NCBI RefSeq assembly: GCF_963921235.1
Contig: NC_086108.1
Span: 27,282,001 to 27,346,000 of the forward strand
Direction: 5' to 3'
DNA from: Mobula hypostoma
Lineage: Eukaryota
Length of the DNA: 64,000 bases
In this document: positions 38,213-50,589 of the stretch, one piece after another
Layout of the letters: each line of letters starts with the position of its first letter
Position numbering within the stretch: the first letter of the stretch is position 1
Notes under the pieces: model-generated
The model's input: the letters and a program-made list of their open reading frames with translations, nothing else
The model's database searches: none
What the model was told of the DNA's origin: nothing
Position numbers and translations under genes: made by a program

Positions 38213-39452
38213 CTGGGCAAAAGTCAGGATCCCTCCTGGTGTTCCAAGTGATGGGAAAAGGCTCAGGGGCAGTTGCTAGTTTGCTGAGAGTAGACACTCC
38301 CCCAACCACAGGCCAGACTTGGCTACATAAACCCAATAAAACAATATCCTGCCTTCAATGAAACAAGTTGTGATGCATCTTCAGAATGCACACAATCTTA
38401 AGACTCCGAGACAATCTTAAGATTCAACACAGTATTTAGGCTATACATGCTACAGTCACTGAAACCATGCTCACTCTAAAAAGGAAATATTGATCGAGGG
38501 AAAGGAAAACTCTCATCTCAAACCTCCACTCCCTTGCAACTACACCCACTCATGGAGAAGGCTTTGGGAATATACCCCAAGGAAAAATCTGGAGCTGAAG
38601 TCCCTACTTTAAATTCAATTCTGATTGGCAACTCCTGTGATGTTACTGGTGCCAAACTGTATTGGTCCCTGTCATTCTTTTGGATTTATCAGTTGCGTGG
38701 AGAGGGGGAGCCTACTGCATGGGCTTGCAGGCAGTGGGATGCAGCATTCATGGTCAACCCCAATCAATGGAGGTCCTCAGTATTGGAGATTCAGTGTCCA
38801 ATATGCTATGGTTCACTACACATGAATGGATGAAAAATGGAAGAGGTAAGGACAGAAATGTTACTTTGTTGGAAGACAGCAATGTCCATCACCGAGAATA
38901 GCTTGGTAACACAGATATTGGTCAGTTAGCTATAGCTTGAAGAACTTAGCTGCCAGATTATGGCAGGTGATGAGTGAAACTACATAAGAGATAAACCCTC
39001 TGATTGCCCTTATCCTCATCAATCTACCCATGACATTTAACACTTAAAAGTACGATTGACAGAGTTAAGCAATCACCCAAGCAAGGGAGATCAAAAGCTC
39101 TGCAGTGCTGCCATATCCATTCATGAATGATGGTGGACAATGGTGGAGGAAGCTTCAGGAATACCTCATGCAGGTCTCAGCAATTGCCCGATCAATCCTC
39201 TCTCAAACATAAGCAAAATGATAGAGACGGTCATTAACAGAGCTAGCAAACTGTACTTATCCATTTAGAATGTAGTTGCCCGATGGCCACTCTGGTTGCG
39301 ACCAGGACCACTCATCTCCAAACATGGAGCATGAAACTGAATTCCAGAGATTAGGTGAAAGTGACTACCCTTGTTATCAAGGTAGTTTATGACTGAGGCA
39401 TCCTCGTAAAACTGAAGCCAATGAAGATCAACAGGAAAACACTCCAATGGCT

Positions 39453-40517
39453 AGAAACATAGAAACATAGAAACATAGAAAATAGGTGCAGGAGTAGGCC
39501 ATTCGGCCCTTCGAGCCTGCACCGCCATTTATTATGATCATGGCTGATCATCCAACTCAGAACCCCGCCCCAGCCTTCCCTCCATACCCCCTGACCCCCG
39601 TAGCCACAAGGGCCATATCTAACTCCCTCGTAAATATAGCCAATGAACTGGCCTCAACAGTTTCCTATGGCAGAGAATTCCACAGATTCACCACTCTCTG
39701 TGTGAAGAAGTTTTTCCTAATCTCGGTCCTAAAAGGCTTCCCCTCTATCCTCAAACTGTGACCCCTCGTTCTGGACTTCCCCAACATCGGGAACAATCTT
39801 CCTGCATCTAGCCTGTCCAATCCCTTTAGGATCTTATACGTTTCAATCAGATCCCCCCTCAATCTTCTAAATTCCAACGAGTACAAGCCCAATTCATCCA
39901 GTCTTTCTTCATATGAAAGTCCTGCCATCCCAGGAATCAATCTGGTGAATCTTCTTTGTACTCCCTCTATGGCAAAGATGTCTTTCCTCAGATTAGGGGA
40001 CCAAAACTGCACACAATACTCCAGGTGTGGTCTCACCAAGGCCTTGTACAACTGCAGTAGTACCTCCCTGCTCCTGTACTCGAATCCTCTTGCTATAAAT
40101 GCCAGCATACCATTCGCCTTTTTCACCGCCTGCTGTACCTGCATGCCCACTTTCAATGACTGGTGTATAATGACACCCAGGTCTTGTTGCACCTCCCCTT
40201 TTCCTAATCGGCCACCATTCAGATAATAATCTGTTTTCCTATTTTTGCCACCAAAGTGGATAACTTCACATTTATCCACATTAAATTGCATCTGCCATGA
40301 ATTTGCCCACTCACCCAACCTATCCAAGTCACCCTGCATCCTCTCAGCATCCTCCTCACTGCTAACACTGCCGCCCAGCTTCGTGTCATCTGCAAACTTG
40401 GAGATGCTGCATTTAATTCCCTCATCCAAGTCATTAATATACATTGTAAACAACTGGGGTCCCAGCACTGAGCCTTGCGGTACCCCACTAGTCACCGCCT
40501 GCCATTCAGAAAAGGAA
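39453..40517 (-). mobile_element. Young 5'-truncated CR1 LINE inside an older LINE remnant (about 38400-40830)
   Basis: Open 276-aa frame GVPQGSVLGP, SKFADD, LVRPHLEYCVQFWSP, QRVVNLWNSLP; (ATGTTTCT)n tail. Confidence 0.95.
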
Positions 40518-42549
40518 AGCTAGATGCATACTTTACACTAAGGAAGTGCTAGTAATTGTTTGAGGTTAGAACATCCCAGCGTTCCTCAGGATAATACTCT
40601 AGACCTGAGCATCTTCAGTTGCATCATCGATCTTCTTCTGTCATGTAGTCAGAAAAGGGCATCTTAGATACATGGTATTCAGTTTTACTGATTGCTCTTA
40701 AAAAAATGAAATAGTCCGTGATTACTGGCAGCATGACCCAGGAAACAGGCAAACATGGGATGATGTAGGGAGTACTCTTTGCATCACAAAAATGCCAAGC
40801 AATGACTTTCTCCTGCAAAACAGCTTAAATACTAATATGGCATTAAATCACAAGTTTTCTTGTAAAAATGTGCATAATTTATGCTTATGTGTGTGTGAAT
40901 GCTGCATATCTGATGCTATGTGCCGGTGATTCGGCTGCAGGCATTTTTAATTGAACCGGTGCCTACGTACTTGCACATATGACAATAAACTCGACATTGG
41001 CTTTTGAGTTTGACAATGTTTCTTACCATCAACGTCCCAGGAGTTATCTCTGGTGTCCATATCTGGAAAAAGCAAAGCAAAATTTAAATCTTTTCAATGA
41101 CACATTTGACGGGGGGTTTACATCTGTCAAAAGAGAGTGTATTTGCTATTCAAGGACTGAACAACTGATTTATAGATAAATTCTGTGTTGAGAATAAATG
41201 TCTTTACAGCTGTGACATTTTGAAGAGAACACTGCAGTCTGTAATCTTACTCCACCAGATTTTCAGGAGGAGTGGCACAGAAATGGTTAAAATAATCAAC
41301 AATGGGTTTGACACCATGGCCCAAATGTTGTTTTGACAGTTTAGGTGTAACAACTTTCCTCCAGTAATTTGAAGCTAGGCTTAAATCAAAAACAGGAAAA
41401 GTAAAGGCCCCTAACAGCCCAAAGTAAAATAAATCCAAACTTACAATGCACTCCCTGAAGTGCTGGGTGAAATGTACAATGAGTAACTGTGATGGAAAAC
41501 TAAATAAATTGACAGGACAGAATGGTTAATATTCCAAGGGTCTTGTGCATAATGCTAGGATAGCAGAATATTTATGCCACTCAAAGTAGCCGCTTAGTCC
41601 ATCAATATTATGCTGGTTTCCAGTTGAGTAAATGCTTCATTTTCATTTCTTTCCTTATAACCTTATAATGGTGGAGTAGACTCATTGAGTGGAATGGCCT
41701 AATTCTGCTCCTATATCTTATGGTCTAGTCTTGCAAATGATTTTCCTTCTGTTCCCTATTGAAGGCACTAGCTGGTCTTGTTTCTATCAACCTTGCAGAG
41801 TGTAAATTCTAGATCATAATTGTACTCATTTTGTTTTCGCCCAAAACTTTAAATTCCTGGTCCTTATGCCATCTGGCACTGGGAACATTTCGCACATACT
41901 TATGTAGCTTAAACCAATCACGATCTTGCACACTTCCACTAAACCTCTGCAGGAGACCATTCTTGCCTAACATTATAACTGAAATGCTCATTAACTGGAA
42001 GTGCTCTAGTAAAGCTCTTCTGAACCCTTTCTGAAATCTGGCAAGCAGAGTTGGATGCAACATTCATCTAATCAGCAAAAGTAAAAAATCCTTTCAACAA
42101 TCAAGAAATTGGTGAAACAACAGAAGGAAACAAATTAGTGGTGAGAAACTGAAAGAACACTCCAAGCTAGTAGTTAGTGACAGGTAAAATTAGTTGAATG
42201 GAGTTTATCAAAGCAAGGCATATTCTGTTCTCCTAGGATAACATAGGTATTCTTAAAGGTGAAGCTGGTTATGACTATTGTTCATACTCAACTCACAGAG
42301 GGTGGATCATATTTAGTTGGCTGTGGAGGCTAGATTATTTAAAGAGAAAATAGATAAGCATTTGAATAATCAGGGAATTGAGAATGGTGAGGAACTGGCA
42401 CAGAAGGAAAGGGGACCAGGTGGATCAGCCTTTATCAAATTAATGAAGGGACAAGTGACCTAATCCTGCTCCTACTTTCTTGCATTCTTATGTAGTACAT
42501 AAACTTTAAATGTTGAAAAGCAATAAAAGGAAATGCAGTGGGTAGTAAA

Positions 42550-42730
42550 AATCAGAAACAAAACCCGAGCATCTTTGAAATGGTCAATGGGTCAGGTAGC
42601 ATCTGTGGAGAGAGAACAATGCTAACATTGTCTCAGAATTCTGACGAAGCTTATTCACCTGAAACATCAACATTGTTTCTCCCCCAGCAGAGTTGCCCAA
42701 CCTGCTGAATAACTGCTGCATTCTCTATTA
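42550..42730. repeat. Old palindromic Penelope-like remnant (similar one at about 15420-15600)
   Basis: Imperfect inverted arms around ctgacgaag...cctgaaacatc. Confidence 0.45.
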
Positions 42731-43079
42731 AAGTTTAGATATCCTTTCAACGGACAGCAAAGTGACATCCATTGCTAAAACTCTAATTATGACTGGCAGT
42801 TGCACAGACAATGACATTGTACTTCTTTAAGTGTAAATGGTTGAAAGGAAATTAAATGAAGTGGTTGTTGAACATGGCAGGACAGATAAAGAAAAAAATA
42901 TAGGGTTATTGGTAGAAGGCAATTCTAAATGGAGCTTTCTTCCCAGAATTGCTTTGGAGATTGGCCACTAAGTGAAAACTTCAAAAATTGGATTAATAGA
43001 TTCTGTGGAGTAAGGATGGGTTAATGCTGGGGCATCAAAGCTGGGAAATAGATTAAAGTATCAATCACTCTTATTTCAC

Positions 43080-43250
43080 TGAGTATTGAAATAACCGAAA
43101 TAGAGGAATCTGTCCCTGCATTCAGTACCTGAGTGGTTATTTCTGTAAGTAATCCTGGGAGGGCACATGCTCCCTGACACAGATTGACCTGCAGTGTGTC
43201 CACAATAACACTTCCCTCTTCACATCCAATCTTGTCGGACTGTATATTCA
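43080..43250 (-). pseudogene. Exon: SEA domain with GSVIV motif
   Basis: tttgccag|TG; (L)NIQSDKIGCEEGSVIVDTLQVNLC...; GSVIVD matches the SEA GSVVV signature. Donor either near 43128 or 43079. Confidence 0.65.
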
Positions 43251-43379
43251 CTGGCAAATGTCCATTGATACAAAAGCGTGATTGTTACAAATAAACTCAC
43301 GGAGCTGGGAGTTGTGACACAGTGTTTTCTTCCCATGTGGGAAGTGATTCAAGTGTTGCAGGTTACACGATAATGAGAA

Positions 43380-43680
43380 CAGCACAGTGGCACAGCATGT
43401 GGTAATGTCTCATGGCCCCAGTGACCCACAGCATGAACGTTCTCCATGAGCATATGGCTGCTCTTTATGTTCCCCCACATTACTAAAGAAATGGAGGTTG
43501 GTCGGGTAAACAGTTACTCTAAATTACCCTTTGCGTCAGTGGGTGGTAGGAGTATCAGGGGAAGTTAATGAGCATAATAGAAAGAATTAGTTATAGGAAA
43601 ATGTGGGGGAATGGAATTCATGGGAATCCTCTGAACGATGGCATAGGCTTGATATATTAAACGGCCTCCTTTTATATCAG
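43380..43680 (+). mobile_element. Degraded tRNA-derived SINE
   Basis: gcacagtggcacagc head and SINE core. Confidence 0.5.
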
Positions 43681-44504
43681 AAGGCAAAATGAGAAATAAT
43701 AGAAGTGGATAAAATGATTACAGGATGTTGCTATAATTTTTACTGGAGGGTTTTTTCATGAACCCCAGCTCATTCTCCAGCTATGAATCTTAAATAATAT
43801 CTACAGCCAGAGGGAGCAAATGGCAGGCAGCTATGTCTCTACCTAATTGATGGCTCAAATTTAATTATCAACTGAAAACTATTGTCGCTTTTCAGACCTA
43901 AACAAAAGGCAATAAGATTTTAAGTGGGTGTAAAATGAACAGAAGAAATCTCTCCAGTTCATCATACACCCTATCTAAAATACCTATAAATATTCTAGGT
44001 TGTAGCCAAGAAAAATCTGGTCTGACAAGCTACATTTTGATATAGTTACTGTAAGATCAGAAAACATGGGAAAATTTTATTTTTCTGCTAAGTCTTCAAA
44101 GCAACACTGAACTAAATGTCCAATGAGCCTTACTTTGCCAATGATGATTGAGGAATATTGGTCGAAACTCTCATTTAGTGCAATGAGAAGTTCCCTCCTG
44201 AGCTATCAAAAGTGGGCAATGGCACTTCAATTTGCATCATCCTGGATTCTGAGCTCAATGTGTAATTTATACATGTTTTTGTCTTTGCATTGTACTGTGC
44301 AGCCCTGACAAATTTCACATCCTATTCCCGTGATAATAAATCTGGTTCTGAAATTCCATCAGCTCTGCTTCAGTTGTGAACTTGGTTACATCGCAGTCCA
44401 TGCTCCACACCTCAGTTGATAGCATCCTTTCAGCTGACTCGGGTGGTTCCCAGTTAAGTTCTGACTATGGATACCTGAGGGTAAAATCTAGTCTAATACA
44501 TCAT

Positions 44505-45221
44505 AAGACCCTAAGACATAGGAGCAGAATTAAACCATTCGGCCCATTAAGCCTGCTCCAAATTCTATCATAGCTGATTTATTATCCCTCTCAACCCCAT
44601 TCTCCTGCCTTTTCCCCGTAACCTTGATGCCTTTATTAATCAATCTTTGCTTTAGATCTGACAATTAATTTAATAGATTCATCCCCTCTAACTCAAGAAA
44701 TTCCCCTTTGTCTCTGTTCTACAGTGACATCCTTCTATTCTGAGGCTGTGTCCTTTGGTTCGAGACTTTCCCCACTAGAGGAAACATCCTCACCACGTTT
44801 ACTTTATCTAGGCCTTTCAACATGCAAGAGGATTTAATGAGATTCCCCCTCATTCTTTTAAACCCCAGTGAGTACAGGCCTAGGTGCATCAAATGCTCCT
44901 CATAAGTTGGGGCGTCGCAGTAACGTAGCGGTTGGTGCGATGCCATTACAGCTTGGAGTTCAGGGTTCAAATCCTGCATTCTCTGTAGGATGTTTGTACA
45001 TCCTTTCAGTGAACAAAAGGGGTTAACCTCGACAGTCCAAAGACCGAATGATTAGTACCCTAATTGGTCATTGTACATTGTCCTGTAATTAAGGTAAGGT
45101 TAAATAGGTGGGTTGCCGGGCGGTGGTTGCTCATTCCACCGGAAGTGCCTGATTTGTGCTTTATCTCTAAATAAAAATAAATAAATTAACACTTTCATTC
45201 CCACAAACCTCCTCTGGACCC
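44505..45221 (-). mobile_element. CR1 3' fragment carrying a plus-strand tRNA-SINE (about 44908-45185)
   Basis: YEEHLMHLGLYSLGFKRMRGNLI; SINE A-box-like tagcggttgg, B-box ggttcaaatcc, A-rich tail. Confidence 0.75.
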
Positions 45222-46053
45222 TGTTACGTACCCCATAACTGGGTTGCCAAACCAGCAGAAATGGACCACTTAGTTGGAGTCTGGATTACTGGAACTAAGA
45301 AAGTTTTTATTAAAGAAATAAGCAACACAGTACTCTACTCAAAAGGATATAAATGCAACAGTTTAGCAATGAATAAACACACATGTACACAAAACTAGGA
45401 TAATCAGATCAATCAAGCTCTATCGCAGTCTAGGGGTAAAATGATCAGTCATCAAGTGACACAGAGTTCAGTTCTATTCAGTTCGCAGTAATTGCCGTCG
45501 TGTCGTTGGGGAGCGAGAGAGAGAGAACGAATGAATATGCAAATCGGTTTCCAAACAGACCTTCGACATTCCTCGCAGTTAGCTTTCGGGCAAGCCCTTT
45601 GTAATGTCTTCTGAGGTCACCGACTGTGACCCCTCCATTCCAGATACGATCGTTCTGCGGTGAACCCGGCACCCAGGCAAGGGCGGACACACACACCAGG
45701 TTCCCGTCCGACCGTATCTTTCCACCCTGTGTGTCTATGGCTGGTCCTCCGATCAGACCTCCAAAAACTCCCAGCAACTTATGGGGGCACACCACTTCCA
45801 GGGTCTCGTTACCTCGTGGTGTCGTGAGTCTGTTGCCTTAGCGAACCTGTCCCTTTTTATCCCCCTGCTGGGGTATCGCCTGTCCATCAAACTTCAAACA
45901 GTTCAGGGTTCAAAGCTACCGGTCTCTGACAATATTCGGAACCGTGTCTCCTTTCGGCAATCTCTCTCGTCTCTCTCTTATTAGCACCTTGCACGTTCCC
46001 CCCATTGTCCTCTTATCGGCATCAATCTTCTGATAACTGGTTCTTTTGTCACA
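45222..46053 (-). mobile_element. Solo LTR
   Basis: TG...CA, TSD ACCC. Confidence 0.92.
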
Positions 46054-47048
46054 ACCCTCTCAGAACATTACATTAGTGTACTACTTCAGTACATATCCAG
46101 TTTTGGATGTTGTGTTAAACTGAAACTCTTTGTCCTTTTAGATAAAGATCCCTTGGTACTATTTTGAAGAAGATTTGTAAAGCTATCCCAAGTGTCCTTG
46201 CCAATACTTTCCCATCAAACATCATGAACTAATGGATTCAGAAGATAAGATGCAGAAGCATGCTATGTGCAGCTTCACCACTCAGTGAGATGCTGATTGA
46301 CCACTGTGTCGGCGCAATGATGCCCACAGAATGTTTTGTACTGCTCAAGACTGCCAATGGTTTCATGCAAAATGAATTCACCTGAGAAGCATTTTGGGCA
46401 ATGCTTGCTATGTGAGATATGGTTGGTGGTTAGCATTATTGGTTCAGTGGCAAAGGCGACACAAACTGATGCAGATCAGATTAACATCTACTTTGTCCAT
46501 GGATGGGGACCTTGGTCAGGGATAAAACACAATGCATTGAGGGATTTAAGATAGGAGAGAGGCAGAAGATGGCCCAAGCTAATAGATTCAAAGTCTGACA
46601 TGCCTTTCAGGAGGAAGTAAGAAAGTATAATCTGGAAGGAATATGGCAGAATATAACAACTGGTGGGAGAACCTAGGATTCAGATGTAAGCAGAAGAGAT
46701 ATGAGAAAGGGCCAGTTAAATGAGTTATAGATAATAGAAGCTATCTTGCTGAAGCCTGGTTCTTATGATCAGAGCCCAATGAATAAATCCAGCCACTAAT
46801 TTCATTGCTTATTAATTGCAGAAAGGCATTTATTGATTTAATGCATTCAAATAGTAATTTATTTACTTAATTGCCAGAAGCTTAGTTATTTATGGAATTC
46901 TTTACTGCGTTATTTCATTAAGTCAATGTAACAGTGATTCATTGAAGGGATACAGTCAAGAGCACTGGTAATTTGATGCAAGATATGAGATTGAAACATT
47001 TTAAGATGGAACTCAGCAAGTGATTTACTCTAGGACATTCTGCATTTA

Positions 47049-47616
47049 CACTCAGTGGCCACTTTATTAAAAACTTCCTGTACCTAGTAAAAAGACCACT
47101 GAGTATATCTTCATGATCCTCTGCTGTTGTGGCCCATCCACTTCAGGGTTCGATGTGTTTGTGTTCAGGGATGCTTTTCTGCACACCACTGTTGTAAAGC
47201 ATGGCTATTTGAGTTCCTTTCACCTTCCTGTCAGCTTGAGATGAGTCTGGCCATTCTCCTTCAAGCTCTGTAATTAACAGGGCGACTTCGCCCACAGAAA
47301 TACCGTTCACTGGATGTCTTTTATTTCTCACACCATTCTCTGTAAACTCTAGAGAATATTATGCGTGACAATTCCAAGAGATCAACAGTTTCTGGGATAC
47401 TCAACCATCCCTTTAGGTATCAGCAATCATTCCACAGTCCAAGTCGCTTGGATCACAATCCCTCCCCATTCTGCTATTAGGTCTCAACAACAACTGAACT
47501 TCTTGACCATGTCTACATGTTTTTATGCATTGTGTTGCTGCCACATAATCAGCTGATTAGATATTTGCATTAACAAGCAGGTGTACCGGTGTACCTAATA
47601 AAGTGGTCTGTAAGTG
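47049..47616. mobile_element. Non-autonomous Tc1 derivative
   Basis: TA-cactcagtggccactttatta ... taataaagtggtctgtaagtg-TA terminal inverted repeats; remnant YNSGVQKSI. Confidence 0.8.
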
Positions 47617-47659
47617 TAGTAGAAAGTTAAAATAGAATGAATAGCCTTTACAAAGCTGA

Positions 47660-48052
47660 GGACAGAATTCTGGAACTCATAAACAAAGACCCCACCCACC
47701 ACAGACATTCTCTCTTCTCTCTTCTTCCATTCAGCAGAAGATACAATATCCTGAAAGCCTGTCTCACCAGGCTCAAGAACAGAATTTATCCCAGTGTTAT
47801 CAAATTCCTGAATGGGTCTCTTGTACGATAAGATGGACTCTTGAAATGTCTAATTCATTCAGATTATGTCCTTTATCATTTCCCTGCATTCCACTTTTTC
47901 AGAAGCTTTTTTCACTTCATTCTGCATTGTTATATGTATTCTACCTTATTCTACCTCAATGTGCAGTGTAATCTATATGAATTTGACTATATGAACAGTA
48001 TTCAAGGCAAGCTTTTCACTATATTTTGGTGCATGTGACAACAATAAACCAA
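47660..48052 (+). mobile_element. Rex/Babar-type LINE 3' fragment
   Basis: KDPTHHRHSLFSLLPFSRRY..TRLKNRIYPSVIKFLN. Confidence 0.75.
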
Positions 48053-48356
48053 TACTTTTGCAGAGCTTATTAGTTTTCAGTCAATGCATGAAAGATTGAT
48101 AAAGCAAGAGTTCAAGGAATGCGATAATCAAATAATTTTTATGTTGTTGAATTATCTTTTTGTCATATAGATATAGAAATAACCCAGTTACAAACTCTTA
48201 CCTTCTGCCATACCTTCAGATTCAGATTCAGATCAGATTAGTTCATTGCCATAAACACCAGGTTGCAATGAAATTCCATGCTGACATGAGTAAACTGTAC
48301 ACTTTGTGATAATATATAATTATATTACTAATAATAAGCAATGTCTGTGAACTTAC

Positions 48357-48417
48357 ATTGAGAAGCCAAAACATAAAGTGGATTAACAGCCTTTGTTCTG
48401 AAGGGCAATCTGTTGAC
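48357..48417 (-). pseudogene. 61-nt SEA-domain exon (VNRLPFRTKAVNPLYVLASQ)
   Basis: tttctcag|GTC...CAAT|gtaagt; phase 0 to phase 1, joins both flanking exons in frame. Confidence 0.6.
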
Positions 48418-49872
48418 CTGAGAAATCTTTTCTTCATTCTTTTCTGTCTCTTCTTGACAATTGTCTTTCTTATACACTGTTGTTTCGACATCTCATCTTG
48501 TGGTTGCTAACTCCCATAAATCGCCATTGATTTTTGTTACAATGCCCAGAGTTATGACCCTCCCTGTTCCCTGCTTGTTTTCCAGCAGGAGACATGTAAT
48601 TCGTGATTTGTTTCTGTTGTAGTGTCCAAAGCTGTGAATTTTATCCTCTTCACAGTTTTCCTTAAAGGCCAGCCAATAGGTAAAATATTACGGTTAACCT
48701 TCAACCTGGAATTCCTTAGCCTAGGAATCAAAGATTCAAGGATTTGGAGTCTACAGAGTCAAAAGCACTTGGAGTCAAAGATTCCAAGTGTCTAAAATAC
48801 TCCTCTCTGCTATGCCATACCAATAAATCCAGGTCAGAGGCTCAGATGTTGTAAATCAGGAAAAAGATATCAATGGAATTAAATGTGAGCACAACATATA
48901 GCTAATGCTCTCAACAACTAAAGACAAAAATCTCTTCCGCTTAACAGTCATCATGCTGAGGAACTGAAAAAAAAAACATCAATTTCTTTTTACAAATCCA
49001 AGATATTGCTCATGCTGAAATTCAAGTGGAAAATTCATTTACAGCCAGGGAATGGTTTCCCTCTCATTTCTACATTATACCAGAATCTCTTCTTGATCCG
49101 CTGCTGATATTCATCTACAAGCTTTTCTTTAGCAAGATTATTCAAAAGCACATGCTTTTCACATGTAGCCCAACAACACACTGCTTTACTTCACCAACAT
49201 CTCCACTGATATTTCCACTTTCTTTAAACTGTGGCCATACTTGTATCGAATGGGAGACAGTAACTATAATCTTCAGCCCTCATCATGAATCACATTTTCC
49301 AGTCACTGACTCCATTTATCTTTCTGATGACAATGAGAAAGAGAACTATTGTTTTGAACTTCAGTCTCACTTCGGAATCCATAAAAGCCTTAGCTCATCA
49401 GCTACTGAAATCCTTGTTCATGCCATGTATGACCATTGCTTTGGACTAATTCAACACACTTGAAGTTCCTGTTCCAGAAAATTTAAGATATTTAAAGCTT
49501 TAATGCTTATGCACTAACAAGCCTTGTTTAGCTGGAACTCTGTCCTGACTACTTTCAATTGGCTGCAAAATTTGTATCGCTTCAAGTTGTCAAACTCTAC
49601 TCGATCACAAGCCTCTTCTTTCATTTGTCTCCACATATCTCTACAATCTGCTCAAAACCTATAAATTCACGATGTTTTCAAGTGTCTCCTGTTCATCCCC
49701 AGGTTCAGTTGCTGCAGAACTGGTAGTTGTTCCTTCAATGGCTAAGGCCTTGAACCTTCTTGTACTTTTCTACATCCCCACTTCACCTTCCTTATTCATG
49801 GTTATTTCCTCCCTATTGAAAGGCAAATGGAATAGAAGTGAGGGGAAGCTTGCTTCGTCTACTCCCCTAGAG

Positions 49873-49951
49873 CAGGGTTTCCCAACCTAGCGTCCATGGA
49901 CACTTTGCTTCATGGTGTTCGTCCATGACATAAATAAGTTTGGTCCCCCTG
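49873..49951. mobile_element. hAT (Charlie-like) MITE
   Basis: caggg...ccctg ends; imperfect 8-bp TSD ccctagag / ttttagag. Confidence 0.6.
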
Positions 49952-50194
49952 TTTTAGAGTCGTAGAGCAATACAGTGAGTCTATGACTCAGTGACTCTAT
50001 TAATCAGGTCTCATTTGCTTCAAAGAGTTGTGAAGCTTTGGAAACTAAGAAGTAAATGTCAGATGCTGGAGATCTAAAATAAAATGTGCAGAGCAGTGAT
50101 ATCCAGATTCCACAACCTGTTGCCACATTGTGCATAGCTCAGTGTTGAAGAAAGTTGCATTTCTCGGCTCATAGCTATTGCCTGACCTATTCAC

Positions 50195-50434
50195 TATTTC
50201 ATGCATTTTATCGTTTATATCTTTCAAATATGTTGCATTCAGTAAGTGCCTGAGTTGCACTCCGGTCTTGAGTTGCAACTGACAAGAAAGAGCACAATGT
50301 GATGCACTTGAGTAATGTTCTCCCCCATTGTCCCATCACAGATCGAGGGAAAACAGTTCTGCTGGCTCTTTTTCTCCCCCGTGGATGCACTGCAGCTCCA
50401 CATCAAGCCCTGATGTATTAGTAATAAGCAAACC
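50195..50434 (-). pseudogene. Exon: signal-peptide-like segment plus start of SEA domain, unit 2
   Basis: RVCLLLIHQGLMWSCSA...ITQVHHIVLFLVSCNSRPE / LLNATYLKDINDKMHEI|gtgaat; one frameshift; phase-0 end matches next exon. Confidence 0.55.
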
Positions 50435-50589
50435 CTGTCCAAATAGTTTTATTGCAGTAATTTCAAAATATGTGAACCAAATATAAATGTGTGTTTTTAA
50501 ATAAAAAATTTAAAGAGTGATGAAATATTTATCACTTGCTTATATTTTCTTGCCTCCTCCATTTCTAGTTTGGACAACGTTCCAAGTTC

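Noticed and set aside
39453..39482. Short tandem repeats as a CRISPR-like array
   Set aside because: These are LINE 3' tails with no spacers, in eukaryotic context.
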